From Pedosphaera sp. (GTDB lineage Bacteria > Verrucomicrobiota > Verrucomicrobiia > Limisphaerales > SIBH01), in NCBI GenBank assembly GCA_031414955.1, contig JANOQV010000218.1, forward strand, positions 1-27,767: a stretch of 27,767 bases of DNA, in the 5' to 3' direction. Shown here piece after piece: positions 1 to 10,522 of this stretch (position 1 is the first letter of the stretch; each line of letters begins with the position of its first letter). The notes under the pieces were generated by a model that did no database searches, had not been told where the DNA came from, and saw only the letters and a program-made list of their open reading frames with translations. The position numbers were made by a program, and so were the translations under genes.

Positions 1-83
1 GGGAAAACCCATACCCGCTGAGGTTCGCACCTTGCTGCGCCCGAGGACGGGCGCACTCCGGGGCCGAATTTTCAGACCGGCTC
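1..83. mobile_element. Right part of a MITE-like element (terminal inverted repeat TTTTCAGACCGGCTC at 69-83) containing a GGAG-type REP hairpin; truncated by the window edge
   Basis: 34-86 is the exact 53-bp reverse complement of 14263-14315. The REP hairpin TGCGCCCG-AGGA-CGGGCGCA-CTCC is at 36-59. Bases 2-35 resemble the inter-REP spacer at 10596-10630. The element is followed by TAA. Confidence 0.8.
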
Positions 84-377
84 TAAAATTTTCCGGCGCG
101 CAACCCAACTCCAAGCTTTGCTTCGTGTCACAGCTCCGCCGTTACAAAAAACACTCTATTACGGACTTGAAGCTTGCGGCCGGGCCTGATTTTTGATTTA
201 ACATTTCCATTCACAAGTTTTCGGCTCCATCGCATTGGCGTGCAATGGTGTTGGAAGCTCGACCCAAACAAAAGTGTGCGTCCTAGTGCCTCCATGCTGC
301 GGCGTTATTGCCTGCGAACTTCCTCGCAGGTCATTTCCATCCTGGCTGGCTCATTGGGAAACGTCCTCTCCGTTAAT

Positions 378-3300
378 ATGAAAACCATCCGTATCCTTGC
401 CCTGTTGCTCTCGTTCGTCGGCTTCGTCCGCGCGGCGTTGCCCACCATCGACACTCAGCCCCTCAACCTCACGAACTGTCCCGGCACGCCCGCGACTTTC
501 ACGGTGGCGGCCTCGAGTGATTCATCCACTAATTTCCAATGGTACTTCAACGAGACCAACGTCCTCGTCGATGCCACCAACACCAGCTACACCATCGCGA
601 GCGTCGTCGCGGGCGACGCCGGCGGGTACTCCGCCGTCGTCACCAACATCGATGGCGCGGTGACCAGCGTCGTCGCGTTGCTGGTGGTGAATGTGCCGAC
701 CACGGCGACCGGGCCGGTGAATGGCTCGGTCTGCCCCGGCGGCAATATCTCTTTCACCACTGCGGCCTCCGGTGATGGGCCGTTCGGCTACGTCTGGCGC
801 AAGGACGGCGGCGCGGCGCTCGGCTCGACCAGCAACCAGCTCGACATCGTTGGTGCCATCGCGGGCGACGCGGGCGTTTATTCGGTGGAAGTGACCGGCC
901 TCTGCAACTCAGTGACCAACAGCGCCACACTGTCGGTCAACGATTTCACCGCCGCCACGCCGTTGACGCCTGCCACGGTCTGCGCCGGCGCGAACGTCAG
1001 CTTTTCAACCACGGCTTCCGGCACCGGGCCCTTCACCTACGTCTGGCGCAAGGGCGGCGGCGCGGCCCTCGGCTCGGACAGCAATCAACTCGACATCGTC
1101 AGCGCGGGCGCGGGCGACGTGGGCGTTTATTCCGTGGAAGTGACCGGCCTCTGCAACTCTGTGACCAATAGCGCCAGCCTGAGTTTGAACACCATCACCA
1201 CCGCCTCCGCGATGGACAACACCAACAAGTGCGCCGGCGGTTCCGTGACCTTCACGACCACGGCTTCCGGCACCGGGCCGTTCTCTTATGTCTGGCGCAA
1301 GGATGGCGGCGCGGCCCTCGGCTCCGTTATTAACACGCTCGTTCTCTCCGGTCTTACGGCGGGTGATTCAGGTGTCTATTCCGTCGAGGTGACCGGCACC
1401 TGCAACTCCGTCACCAACAGCGCCACCCTGACGGTGAATCCGCTGCCCATCGTGACCGTGAACTCGGCCATCATTTGTCCGGCGGGCGCGGCCATCCTGA
1501 CGGCCACGCACAACGCAGCCAGCCCGACGTTCTCCTGGAGTCCGGGCGGTCAGACCACGGAGAGCGTGACCAATGCCCCCGGTTCCACCACGGTCTATAC
1601 TGTCACGGTGACTGATGGTGTCACCGGTTGCTCGGGTCAGGGTTCGGGCACCATCACGGTCAACACTCTTACGGCCATCACGGCCATCGGCAACAAGACC
1701 AACTGCCCCGCCACTCCTGTCACCTTCACCACCACGGCTTCCGGCACTGGGCCGTTCTCATACATCTGGCGCAAGGGCGTGGCCATTGTGCAAGGCCCGG
1801 ACGCGAACAATTCCTACACCATCGCCTCGGTGGTGGCGGCTGATGCGTCAGCTTACAGCGTGGAAGTGACCGGCGCCTGCAATACCGCGACCAATGTCGG
1901 CAGTCTCGTCGTCATCGGCGCGCCCACCATCAGTGCCCAGCCCCAGAGCCAGGCCACGCCCATGGGCAATGGCGCGGTCTTCAGCGTCACGGCTTCCACA
2001 ATCAACACGGTGCTCGCGCCCTTGAGCTATCTATGGAAGAGCAATGGCTTGGCTATCGCTGGCGCGACCGGCACGAGCGTGGCCATTTCCAACCTGACCC
2101 TTGCGGCCAGCGGCGCGTTGATCAGCGTCGATGTCACCACCTGCGGTGGCACCACGGTCAGCGCGAACGCCGTCCTCACCGTCACGCCCATCACCGCCAT
2201 CAGCTTTGATTTCAACACGCCGGACCAGTGGACCAATGCCCCCTTCAACATCATCGACTCGGAGTGGATGGACAGCAGCATCAACAGCGCTGGCTTCAAC
2301 AACCCGCTCATTACCACCGTTCCCTTTGCCGTCCCCACCGGCGGTGTGGGTATCGCCACCGGCAGCGGCGCCCTCGACCTGGCCTTCAACAACGGCACGG
2401 ACCATGGGATGACGCTCACGCCCATCACTTACGACTTCTCGCTCACTGGCAAGACTCTCACCGTCTCAATGATGACCTTTTTGAAAACTCCGGTCGCGAA
2501 TCAGCGCGCCATCCAGCTGGCCTTCGTGACCGCCACGAACGTGAACAACGCCTGGCAGCAGGTAAACGCGAACAATGGTCAGGGCTTCATGAGCGCGATT
2601 TTCCAGTCCGTGACCAACGGCATGCCGTCGGCGATCAGTTATCATTTGCGTACCCAGAACAAGGTCGTGGCCGGGACCACCCCGATTGAACTTTTTCCGT
2701 TCAACTCCCCCACCAACACCTTCCTGCCCGGGACGGGCACGAACCGGTGGTATCGGTTCTCGGCGAAGTTTGTGAATGTGAAAGGCGCCGGCAACTCCTC
2801 CAGTAATTTCACCGTCGAGTCCACGGTTCAGGACATGGGAGCGGATGGATTGAGCCCCGGCATCATCGTCCTGGGCATGACCCCGGTGCTCCAGACCAAC
2901 CAGGACCTGGTGAACTCCAAGAATTTGTTTCTGTGCATCCGCGGGCTCGAGAACGGCGGCCAGGATTACTGGGATAACGCCTTCGTGACCACGGCCACCG
3001 GCCCGGTGGCCTTCGTGGCTCCGCTGGCCGCCCAAACCGTGGCCCAGGGCCGCACGGCTGTCTGGAACGCCCTGGTCGATGGCGACGGCCCCTACATCTA
3101 TCAGTGGTACAAAAACGGCGCGGCCATCGCGGGCGCGGGCAACTGGAAGTACCGCACGCCCCAACTGACCCTCGCGGACAGCGGCGCGCTCTATGAAGTG
3201 GTCGTTACCAGCACCAATAATTCCGTCACCAACGGTGCCATTGTCACAGTGACGGCGGACCCGCTCGATGTCCTTTCCGTGGGCAGCGTGGACGGCGGCT

Positions 3301-6300
3301 CGATCGGCTTGCGCTTCGACCAGCCGGTGGACCTCGCCTCGGCCCAGAACGCGGCCAACTACAGCATCTCCGACAGCAACGGCGTGGCGGTGGCGGTGGC
3401 GGCCCAATTGCGCTTCTACAACAACCTCCAGAAGCTGCGCACCAACGCCACCGAAGTCATCCTCACTCCGAACACGACCATCTCGGGTTCCTTCACCGTC
3501 CTGGTGTCCAGTGTGACCTCCATCTCCGGCAACGCCATCGGCGTGAACAACACCGCCGCCGGCCAGGTGGCGGGCTTGACCGGCTTCGATGTCAATCCGC
3601 TGGATCAAATCCAGGCGCTGGTTCAGAACGGCGGCATCCCCATTGGCACCGCGCCCGGCGCCAACTACAGCTTTGCCCCCGGCCACTTCGAAGTCGCCGC
3701 CGGCGGCCATGACATCTTCGGCAGCTTTGACGGCTTCCGCTTCGTTTACAAACAGGTCACCGGCGACTTCGACTGGAAGGTCCGCGTGCCTTACATGGAC
3801 TTGTATCGCACCTCCCAGAAGGCCGGCTTCGATGCCCGCGTGTCGCTGGATTCCACCTCGCCCCACGTCGGCGCTTTCGTCAATGCGCGTCTGCCGGCGC
3901 TCAACCGCACCGAGGGCACCCACCGCACCAACTTCGCCACCCTGACCTCTTCTTGGGGCAATTCACGCGCCCATGCTGCGGGCTATCCCGATGTCTGGCT
4001 GCGCTTCCGCCGCGTGGGCAACACCTTCCTCCGTTACGCCAGCACCAACGGGGTGGACTGGTTGAGCGACGGTCAGGTTTCCCCACAGTTCGCCTTCCCG
4101 GCCACGCTCTACGTCGGTATCGCGGCCAATGCAAACACGGGCGGCAATGTGGCCCAGCAGGCCGTCACTTCGCAGTATGAAAGTTTCGGCAACTTCGCCG
4201 GCTATCCCGGCGCGGCCATCGTCATCGTCAATCAGCCGGCCAACGCCTCCATCGCCGCCGGCACCGCCACGACTCTCTCCGTCACCAACACCGTTTCCGG
4301 CGGCGGCATTCCGGCCGGCGGCGAAGTGGTCTATGTCTGGCAGCGCACCAACAGTGCGGCCGGCGGCTGGACCAACATGGTCACGGCCGGCGCGACCAAC
4401 AATAACATCAGCACCGGCCCGCTCTACTTCGTGGACAATGGCGCCCAATACCGCGTCATCCTCAAGACTCCAGGCGTGGCGGACGTCATCAGCGCCGTGG
4501 CCACTGTGATCGTGACCGATGTTGCGGGTCCGACGGTGGCGACCGTGACCACTCCGTCCGGCCTGCCCAACACCCTCGTGCTCGAGTTCAACGAGTTCCT
4601 TTCCAACACGGCGCTGAACACGGCCAACTACTCCGTGACCAACGGCGCAGGGACGGTCTTCACTGTTTCCGGCGTGTCCTTCCTCAACGGGGATCGCCGC
4701 GCCGTGGTGCTGACTTTGGTTGGCGCAGGTGGCGATCTGGGCGTCACCATCAACGGTGTGCAGGATCTCAATGGCAACAACATCGCGGCCAACACCAAGC
4801 GGGTCTTCCCCGCGACGCCTGCTCCGACTGGTCCGATCATCATCGAGGTCTTTGGTGGTCTGGCCACGGCTGCCAACCTGAGCGACTTGACCAACAACGT
4901 GAAGTTCCTCGCGGGCGTGCCGGACTTCATCGTTTACAGCAATCACTTCGGCTACCTCGGCGGCACGCCAGCCATTCAAACCGGCCCGGACAATTATGGT
5001 GCCCGGTTCCAAACCTACTTTGTTCCGCCCACCAACGGTGCCTACAAATTCTGGTTGCGTGGTGATGACTTCCTAAAACTGATGATGAACACCAACGCGG
5101 CGGACAGCGCCAATCCAGCCGGCAAGGTCCAACTTATCAACATGACGGCCAATAATCCGAATTATGTGGGCGCAAATACCAACACGACGGTGGCTCTCAC
5201 TGCTGGCCAGTCCTACTATCTGGAACTGCTTTTCAAAGAAGGCGGTGGCGGAGACGGTGCTGGTTTGGCGATCCGCTCGGGTGGTGACTTGGGTATTCCC
5301 CCGAACACGGAAATAGCCACGGGCATGTTCCGGTACCCGGTCGCGATTGCTCCGTCCATCGTCTCGGCCATCGAGATTTACACCAACCTCTTCACGACCC
5401 TGGCGGCGGACAATGCGCTGCCTGACCTGACCAATGCCTTCAACAGCATCAAGGTGACGGCGCGGGCGGCGGAAGTCATCGGCTACGGCAAGCAGTTCGG
5501 TATTGCCAGCAACCTGGTCAACACCAGCTTCGAGCACTCCATCGGCCGGGTGTACAGCTATTTCGTGGCCCCGACCAACGGCAACTATAAGTTCTACATG
5601 CGCAGTGACGATGCCGCGCAGTTCCTCATGAACACCAATGGCACCGATCCCGCAGGTGCCACCGTCGTGGGCCAGCTTGCCGCCTTCACCGGCAACTACA
5701 CCCTGGTGTCGCAGAACATCAGCCTGACCAACGGCCAGCGTTACTACATGGAGGCCCGCTACAAGGAAGGCACGGGCGGCGATGGTGTCTGGGTCGCCTC
5801 CCGGTCCCAGGACGACGCCGGAGTTCCGCCCAACGCGGAACTGATGGCGCTCAGCCTGCTCCAGTTCCCGACCAACCTCGCGCAGAATGCGGCCCAGCCC
5901 ACGGCGGTGATCAGCCCGGTCAACATCACGGTCAACGAGGGTGAAAGCATCAGCTTCACCGGCGCCGGCCGTGGCAACGCTTATCTCTGGCTGAAGAACG
6001 GTCAGCAGGTCTTCGTGAACAACGAGTTCAACTCGGTCCTGCCCAGCCCGCAGATCTATCGCACTCCGCCGCTCACTTCGGCCGACAACGGGTCGATCTA
6101 CGCGCTCTTCATGACCAACCACTTCGGCACCGCCATCGCCACCAGTCTGGTGACGGTTCTGACCGACTCGACGGCCCCGACCATCTTGAGCGCGGTGGCT
6201 TCGCAGTATGGCGACTCCGTGGTCGTGACCTTTAACGAGGGCGTGACTCCGGGCACGGCCCAACAACTGGCCAATTACTCCATCGCCGGCCTGACCATCT

Positions 6301-9300
6301 ACTCGCTCGACTATGACGACGTGGCCCGCAATCGCGTCACGCTCCGCACCAGTCCGCAGACGGCCGGTGCCCAATACAACCTGGTGGTGACGGGAGTGCG
6401 GGACTTCTCCACCGCGGGCAATGCCACCGTGGGCGCGAGCAAGCTATTCCGCGCCTGGGGCTTCGGCGGCATCGGCGGCGTGCTGGTGGAATTCTGGACC
6501 AACATGCAGGGTGCCTCGATCGACATCTTCCAAAACGATCCGCGCTACCTCAACAACACGCCGGACCTCTCCTATTACACCAACACCTTCGGCATCGGCG
6601 GGTATGGTGCGAACTCGGGCCGCGACCTCTACGCGGGCCGCATCTCGGGCTTGTTCATGCCGCCGACCAACGGCAACTACCGCTTCTACTGCCGCGGTGA
6701 CGATGCCCAGCGCCTCTTCATGAACACCAACGGTCCGTCGCCGGCCGGTCGCACCCTGATTGCCCGTGGTGACGGTGCGAATTCCACCACCTACACCAAC
6801 GGTCAGGCGCTCGGTATCTTTGGCGGCAGCATGTCGCCCATCATCTCGCTGACCAACGGCACGGCCTACTACTTGGAAGCCCTCTTCAAGGAAGGCACCG
6901 CCGGCGACTTTGTGGAAGTAGTCATGCGCGCCGTGGATGGTTCCGGCAACGACATCGGCGGCACGCCCGTGCCAGCCACCGGCAATACGGTTCCGGGCGG
7001 CTTCTTCAGCGCGCCCGGCAATCCGGACATCATCCAGTTCATCATCGGCTCGATCCCTCCGACCGAGATCACGGTTGACGAATTGGACCCGGTGAACCTC
7101 GCGCTCAACGCGACGGCCATCCCAACCTCCCTGACTCCGTTTGTTTCCTATCAATGGTCGCGATCCAATGTGCTCGATACCACCTTCACCAACATTCCGG
7201 GCAAGACCACGCCGGTCCTGGCGTTCTTCGCCCCGCTTGAGGTCGATGATGCCACCTTCCGCCTCACCGCGACGCTGCCGGGCACGACGCTCCAGTACGA
7301 GACGCTCATCCATGTGAACGCGGTCGTCGATCCGCAGGAACTCATCTCGGCCAGCAGCCTGGATGGCTGGACCATCGGTCTGCGCTTCAAACGGCCGGTG
7401 GACTTCGGCACGGGCCAGACCCCGGGCAATTACTCCATCAATGAAGGAGCCATCAATGTGGATACGGCCGTGGTCCGCCAGAGCGTGGATGCGCGCACGG
7501 TGCTCTTGACCTTGGTCACGCCCATCTTCGGGGACTTCACCATCGACGCTCTCTTCATCGGCGACCAGTCGGCCAACGGCAACTGGGCTGACACCTATGG
7601 CATCCTGGGCACCCTGCAAAACCTGATCGGCAAGGACGTGGGCGGGCCTATCTCCGCCGGATCGAGCTTCAGCTCCACCAACGGGGAAATCTCCGTGGTC
7701 GCGGGCGGCTCGGACATCTGGACCGCCTCGGACAAGGGGCATTTAACGCTCGGCCAGCGCAGCGGTGACTTCGACATCTGGACCCGGGTGGACAGTCTGC
7801 TTCGCACCTCGGCTGACATCATCACCAAGGCCGGTCTGGTGGCGCGCGATGGGACCAACGCCGATGCCAAGACCCTGTCCGTGTTGCTGAATCCTCCGGC
7901 TTCCCTGGGCGGGCGCGACTTGGTGGAGGCGGGAGCGCGCACCAACATCGTCCCCGGTGTGGCCGCGCCGACCGGGCCGTGGCCGACCTTGACCAACCAT
8001 GCGCCGGCGGGCATTCCGAACGCCTGGGTGCGCCTCAAGCGCGAGGGCTTCATCTTCCGCGCCTTCCACAGCAGCAACGGCGTGGACTGGGTGAACTTCG
8101 CCACCAACTTCGTGGACATGCCGCGGACCGTGTTCCTCGGCTTGGGCACCACGGCCCACAACGACTTGGCGGCCCCGACGGTGGCGGAATACAAGAATAT
8201 CCACATCCCGAACCCGCCGAGCATCTCGACTCAACCCTCGCCGGCCTCGCAGTCCGTGGCCTTCCACGGCAGCACGAGCTACACGGTGGTGGGTAATAAT
8301 CCGGCCAACTCCGGGCCTTTGAGTTACAAGTGGCGCAAGGTTGTCGAGACCACCATCGTGGATCCGGCGGATGGCCAGCACGACGACTATGTGGTCGGCA
8401 CCAGCGACACGTTGACCATCTCGGATGCGCTCGGCATTCATGCCGGCAGCTACCAGGTGGAAGTGGGCAACGACGGCGGTAGCGTGCTCAGCGATATCGT
8501 GACCTTGAGCGTGAACAACGGCTTGCCGGTGATCGGCGGAGACGCGTTATCCTCGACTCAGGGTGTGGCCACCGTGCTCTCGGCGGCCAGCCTGCTGGCC
8601 AACGACACCGAACCAGAAGGCTCGAACCTGCTGTTCCGCACCGTCAGCGGCGTCCTGCCGGTGACGACTGCGACGAACTTCAACCAGGGCAACTTGGCCG
8701 GTGCGACCTTGTTTGGCACGGCCATCGCCGACACCAACGGTTACATCCGCCTGCACAGCGCCGCCATCAATGGGGCCGGTTCACTCATCCTGGACGATCT
8801 GACCCCGGGCAAGCGCGTCAGTGGTTTCACCGCCAGCTTCAAGCTGCAAATCAGCGAAGGCACGGCCCAACCGGCGGACGGCTTCAGCTTCAACTTCGGG
8901 CCAAACATTGATATCGCTGCCACCACGGTAGCGGCCGCGGAGAACGGCAGCGGCACTGGGTTCAGTTTCTGCGTCGATAACTACCAGTTCGCGCCCTACC
9001 CGACCGGCGGGAGTGCCAACACCTCTGGCCTGAAGATTCGTTACGGCGGGGTGAACATCGCAGGTGTGCAGGTGCCCACCTGGAACCGTCCGGCCATGGT
9101 GCCGGTGACCATCAGCCTGATCAATGGCGCGCTCAACGTGACGGTCGATGGGACGAACGTGTTCGGCACCGTGATTCTTCCCTCGGTGAGTTCGACCGGC
9201 CGTTTCGGCCTCTACTCGCGTAGCGGCGGCCAGTATCAGAGCACCTATCTGGATGACCTGAGCATCACCTCCTACACGGCCGATACAGCCAACGGCGGCG

Positions 9301-10373
9301 CGGTGAGCCTGGCCAGTGGTAACGTCACCTACGTGAGCACCAATGGAGCGTGCGCTGCGACCGACAGCTTCTACTACGTCGTCGGCGACGGCGAAGTGGG
9401 CGGCAACGTAGTGGCGGCGACTTCAGTGACCATCCTGCCGGCTATCGCTCCGGTCATCAGCACCTGCGCCAGCAATCGCAACGTCAACGCGGGCGCTCTC
9501 TGCACCGCCACGCTGGACGATCTGCGCGGAGAGATCGTGGCTGATTGCTACACCGGTATCGGTCAAGACCCGGCTCCTGGCGCCACCTTGGTGCTCGGTG
9601 CGAACGTCATCACCTTCAGCGTGACCAACCTGAGCGGCCTGGTTTCGACCTGCCAGGCGACCGTCACAGTGGTGGATGTCACCCCGCCGGTGGCGCTCTG
9701 CCCGGCCAACATCAGCACCCCGGCCACTGGTGAAACCGGTGCCACGGTGTCCTTCACCCCGTCCGCCACGGACAACTGCTCTGTGGCCTCGCTCGTCGCG
9801 GTGCCGGCCTCCGGCTCGCTCTTCCCGATCGGCGTGACCATCGTGACCGTGACGGCTACGGACGGTGCCGGTACCACCAACGCCTGCACGTTCACCGTGA
9901 CCGTGGTGGGTGACGTCCTCGGACCCGTCATCGACTGCCCGACCAACCAGACGGTGATTTGCACCGGCACCAACACCACCGCGACCTACTCGGCCACGGC
10001 CACGGATAACATTGATCCGAACCCGACCGTCCTCATCAACCCGCCCAGCGGCTCAAGCTTCCCGGTGGGCACCAACACGGTCACGGTCACGGCCTACGAC
10101 GTGAGCGGCAACACCAATACCTGCACGTTCCTGGTGATTGTAATCGATCCGTTGAGCGCCAACCTGACCCTGAGCATCGTGCCGTCCGGCACGAATGTGG
10201 TCATCACCTGGCCGCAGACCTGCACGACCTTCACCTTGGAAGGCACGGCGGACCTGACGCCGGTCGCCACCTGGACACCGGTCGGATTGCCGGTGGTTCC
10301 GGTGGGCACCAACTTCCAGGTGACCATCCCGGCGGTTGACCCGCTCAAGTTCTTCCAACTGAAGAGCCCCTAG
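378..10373 (+). CDS. Giant secreted adhesin/lectin-like protein (3331 aa): Cys-containing Ig-like repeats, 3 PA14 domains, 2 ConA-like (DUF1349-like) domains, an L-type-lectin-like domain, a cadherin-like (Big_9) domain, HYR-like repeats and a C-terminal sorting-like domain
   Basis: ATG at 378 gives a clear signal peptide, MKTIRILALLLSFVGFVRA. Ig motifs read Y(Q/V)W..(D)AG.YSVEV. PA14 motifs F(V/M).PTNG.Y.F..R(G/S)DD occur three times. AGG.DI(F/W)...GDFD...RV occurs twice. A PADGFSFNFG lectin-like motif and HYR motifs SGS.FP(I/V)G are present. Strong C-ending codon bias; stop TAG at 10371-10373. Confidence 0.9.
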   Translation: MKTIRILALLLSFVGFVRAALPTIDTQPLNLTNCPGTPATFTVAASSDSSTNFQWYFNETNVLVDATNTSYTIASVVAGDAGGYSAVVTNIDGAVTSVVALLVVNVPTTATGPVNGSVCPGGNISFTTAASGDGPFGYVWRKDGGAALGSTSNQLDIVGAIAGDAGVYSVEVTGLCNSVTNSATLSVNDFTAATPLTPATVCAGANVSFSTTASGTGPFTYVWRKGGGAALGSDSNQLDIVSAGAGDVGVYSVEVTGLCNSVTNSASLSLNTITTASAMDNTNKCAGGSVTFTTTASGTGPFSYVWRKDGGAALGSVINTLVLSGLTAGDSGVYSVEVTGTCNSVTNSATLTVNPLPIVTVNSAIICPAGAAILTATHNAASPTFSWSPGGQTTESVTNAPGSTTVYTVTVTDGVTGCSGQGSGTITVNTLTAITAIGNKTNCPATPVTFTTTASGTGPFSYIWRKGVAIVQGPDANNSYTIASVVAADASAYSVEVTGACNTATNVGSLVVIGAPTISAQPQSQATPMGNGAVFSVTASTINTVLAPLSYLWKSNGLAIAGATGTSVAISNLTLAASGALISVDVTTCGGTTVSANAVLTVTPITAISFDFNTPDQWTNAPFNIIDSEWMDSSINSAGFNNPLITTVPFAVPTGGVGIATGSGALDLAFNNGTDHGMTLTPITYDFSLTGKTLTVSMMTFLKTPVANQRAIQLAFVTATNVNNAWQQVNANNGQGFMSAIFQSVTNGMPSAISYHLRTQNKVVAGTTPIELFPFNSPTNTFLPGTGTNRWYRFSAKFVNVKGAGNSSSNFTVESTVQDMGADGLSPGIIVLGMTPVLQTNQDLVNSKNLFLCIRGLENGGQDYWDNAFVTTATGPVAFVAPLAAQTVAQGRTAVWNALVDGDGPYIYQWYKNGAAIAGAGNWKYRTPQLTLADSGALYEVVVTSTNNSVTNGAIVTVTADPLDVLSVGSVDGGSIGLRFDQPVDLASAQNAANYSISDSNGVAVAVAAQLRFYNNLQKLRTNATEVILTPNTTISGSFTVLVSSVTSISGNAIGVNNTAAGQVAGLTGFDVNPLDQIQALVQNGGIPIGTAPGANYSFAPGHFEVAAGGHDIFGSFDGFRFVYKQVTGDFDWKVRVPYMDLYRTSQKAGFDARVSLDSTSPHVGAFVNARLPALNRTEGTHRTNFATLTSSWGNSRAHAAGYPDVWLRFRRVGNTFLRYASTNGVDWLSDGQVSPQFAFPATLYVGIAANANTGGNVAQQAVTSQYESFGNFAGYPGAAIVIVNQPANASIAAGTATTLSVTNTVSGGGIPAGGEVVYVWQRTNSAAGGWTNMVTAGATNNNISTGPLYFVDNGAQYRVILKTPGVADVISAVATVIVTDVAGPTVATVTTPSGLPNTLVLEFNEFLSNTALNTANYSVTNGAGTVFTVSGVSFLNGDRRAVVLTLVGAGGDLGVTINGVQDLNGNNIAANTKRVFPATPAPTGPIIIEVFGGLATAANLSDLTNNVKFLAGVPDFIVYSNHFGYLGGTPAIQTGPDNYGARFQTYFVPPTNGAYKFWLRGDDFLKLMMNTNAADSANPAGKVQLINMTANNPNYVGANTNTTVALTAGQSYYLELLFKEGGGGDGAGLAIRSGGDLGIPPNTEIATGMFRYPVAIAPSIVSAIEIYTNLFTTLAADNALPDLTNAFNSIKVTARAAEVIGYGKQFGIASNLVNTSFEHSIGRVYSYFVAPTNGNYKFYMRSDDAAQFLMNTNGTDPAGATVVGQLAAFTGNYTLVSQNISLTNGQRYYMEARYKEGTGGDGVWVASRSQDDAGVPPNAELMALSLLQFPTNLAQNAAQPTAVISPVNITVNEGESISFTGAGRGNAYLWLKNGQQVFVNNEFNSVLPSPQIYRTPPLTSADNGSIYALFMTNHFGTAIATSLVTVLTDSTAPTILSAVASQYGDSVVVTFNEGVTPGTAQQLANYSIAGLTIYSLDYDDVARNRVTLRTSPQTAGAQYNLVVTGVRDFSTAGNATVGASKLFRAWGFGGIGGVLVEFWTNMQGASIDIFQNDPRYLNNTPDLSYYTNTFGIGGYGANSGRDLYAGRISGLFMPPTNGNYRFYCRGDDAQRLFMNTNGPSPAGRTLIARGDGANSTTYTNGQALGIFGGSMSPIISLTNGTAYYLEALFKEGTAGDFVEVVMRAVDGSGNDIGGTPVPATGNTVPGGFFSAPGNPDIIQFIIGSIPPTEITVDELDPVNLALNATAIPTSLTPFVSYQWSRSNVLDTTFTNIPGKTTPVLAFFAPLEVDDATFRLTATLPGTTLQYETLIHVNAVVDPQELISASSLDGWTIGLRFKRPVDFGTGQTPGNYSINEGAINVDTAVVRQSVDARTVLLTLVTPIFGDFTIDALFIGDQSANGNWADTYGILGTLQNLIGKDVGGPISAGSSFSSTNGEISVVAGGSDIWTASDKGHLTLGQRSGDFDIWTRVDSLLRTSADIITKAGLVARDGTNADAKTLSVLLNPPASLGGRDLVEAGARTNIVPGVAAPTGPWPTLTNHAPAGIPNAWVRLKREGFIFRAFHSSNGVDWVNFATNFVDMPRTVFLGLGTTAHNDLAAPTVAEYKNIHIPNPPSISTQPSPASQSVAFHGSTSYTVVGNNPANSGPLSYKWRKVVETTIVDPADGQHDDYVVGTSDTLTISDALGIHAGSYQVEVGNDGGSVLSDIVTLSVNNGLPVIGGDALSSTQGVATVLSAASLLANDTEPEGSNLLFRTVSGVLPVTTATNFNQGNLAGATLFGTAIADTNGYIRLHSAAINGAGSLILDDLTPGKRVSGFTASFKLQISEGTAQPADGFSFNFGPNIDIAATTVAAAENGSGTGFSFCVDNYQFAPYPTGGSANTSGLKIRYGGVNIAGVQVPTWNRPAMVPVTISLINGALNVTVDGTNVFGTVILPSVSSTGRFGLYSRSGGQYQSTYLDDLSITSYTADTANGGAVSLASGNVTYVSTNGACAATDSFYYVVGDGEVGGNVVAATSVTILPAIAPVISTCASNRNVNAGALCTATLDDLRGEIVADCYTGIGQDPAPGATLVLGANVITFSVTNLSGLVSTCQATVTVVDVTPPVALCPANISTPATGETGATVSFTPSATDNCSVASLVAVPASGSLFPIGVTIVTVTATDGAGTTNACTFTVTVVGDVLGPVIDCPTNQTVICTGTNTTATYSATATDNIDPNPTVLINPPSGSSFPVGTNTVTVTAYDVSGNTNTCTFLVIVIDPLSANLTLSIVPSGTNVVITWPQTCTTFTLEGTADLTPVATWTPVGLPVVPVGTNFQVTIPAVDPLKFFQLKSP
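760..1440 (+). repeat. Three tandem 249-bp (83-aa) Ig-domain DNA repeats inside the giant gene
   Basis: GTCTGGCGCAAGG recurs at 792, 1041 and 1290 (249-bp period) with highly similar flanks: VWRK(D/G)GGAALGS...GVYSVEVTG.CNSVTNSA. Boundaries are approximate. Confidence 0.85.
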
Positions 10374-10400
10374 GCCCGGTAGGAAATTGAAGAATCACGC

Positions 10401-10433
10401 CAGGCCGGGGAGCAATCCCCGGCCTGTGCTTTT
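10401..10433 (+). terminator. Rho-independent terminator of the giant adhesin gene
   Basis: Perfect 11-bp stem CAGGCCGGGGA / TCCCCGGCCTG with a GCAA tetraloop, followed by TGCTTTT, about 27 bp after the stop codon. Confidence 0.85.
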
Positions 10434-10522
10434 CCGGAGGGATGACCGGATGGCGAGAGCGGCCGAAACTGTTCCCAAGATCGGGTTCCGCACTTCGACG
10501 CGAATTCCGAAGTCGAACCTCA

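Noticed and set aside
225..332. Hairpins in the long leader of the giant gene as a riboswitch; likewise GGGCAAACC near 22897
   Set aside because: Only short stems are present and no complete aptamer consensus is recognisable. An Rfam/Infernal scan would be needed.
174..377. ORF-track N-terminal extension of the giant protein (TTG start at 174)
   Set aside because: The 68 extra codons lack the gene's codon bias and would bury the clear signal peptide that begins at ATG 378.
5058..6704. RGD integrin-binding motifs
   Set aside because: Both are part of the PA14 R(G/S)DD calcium-binding motif, and the third copy is RSDD, so RGD is incidental.
2466..8441. Long minus-strand ORFs (485, 349, 433, 432, 232 aa) and similar ones at 14823-19328, 22979-24166 and 26070-27629
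   Set aside because: These are antisense shadows of GC3-biased + strand genes with no recognisable motifs.
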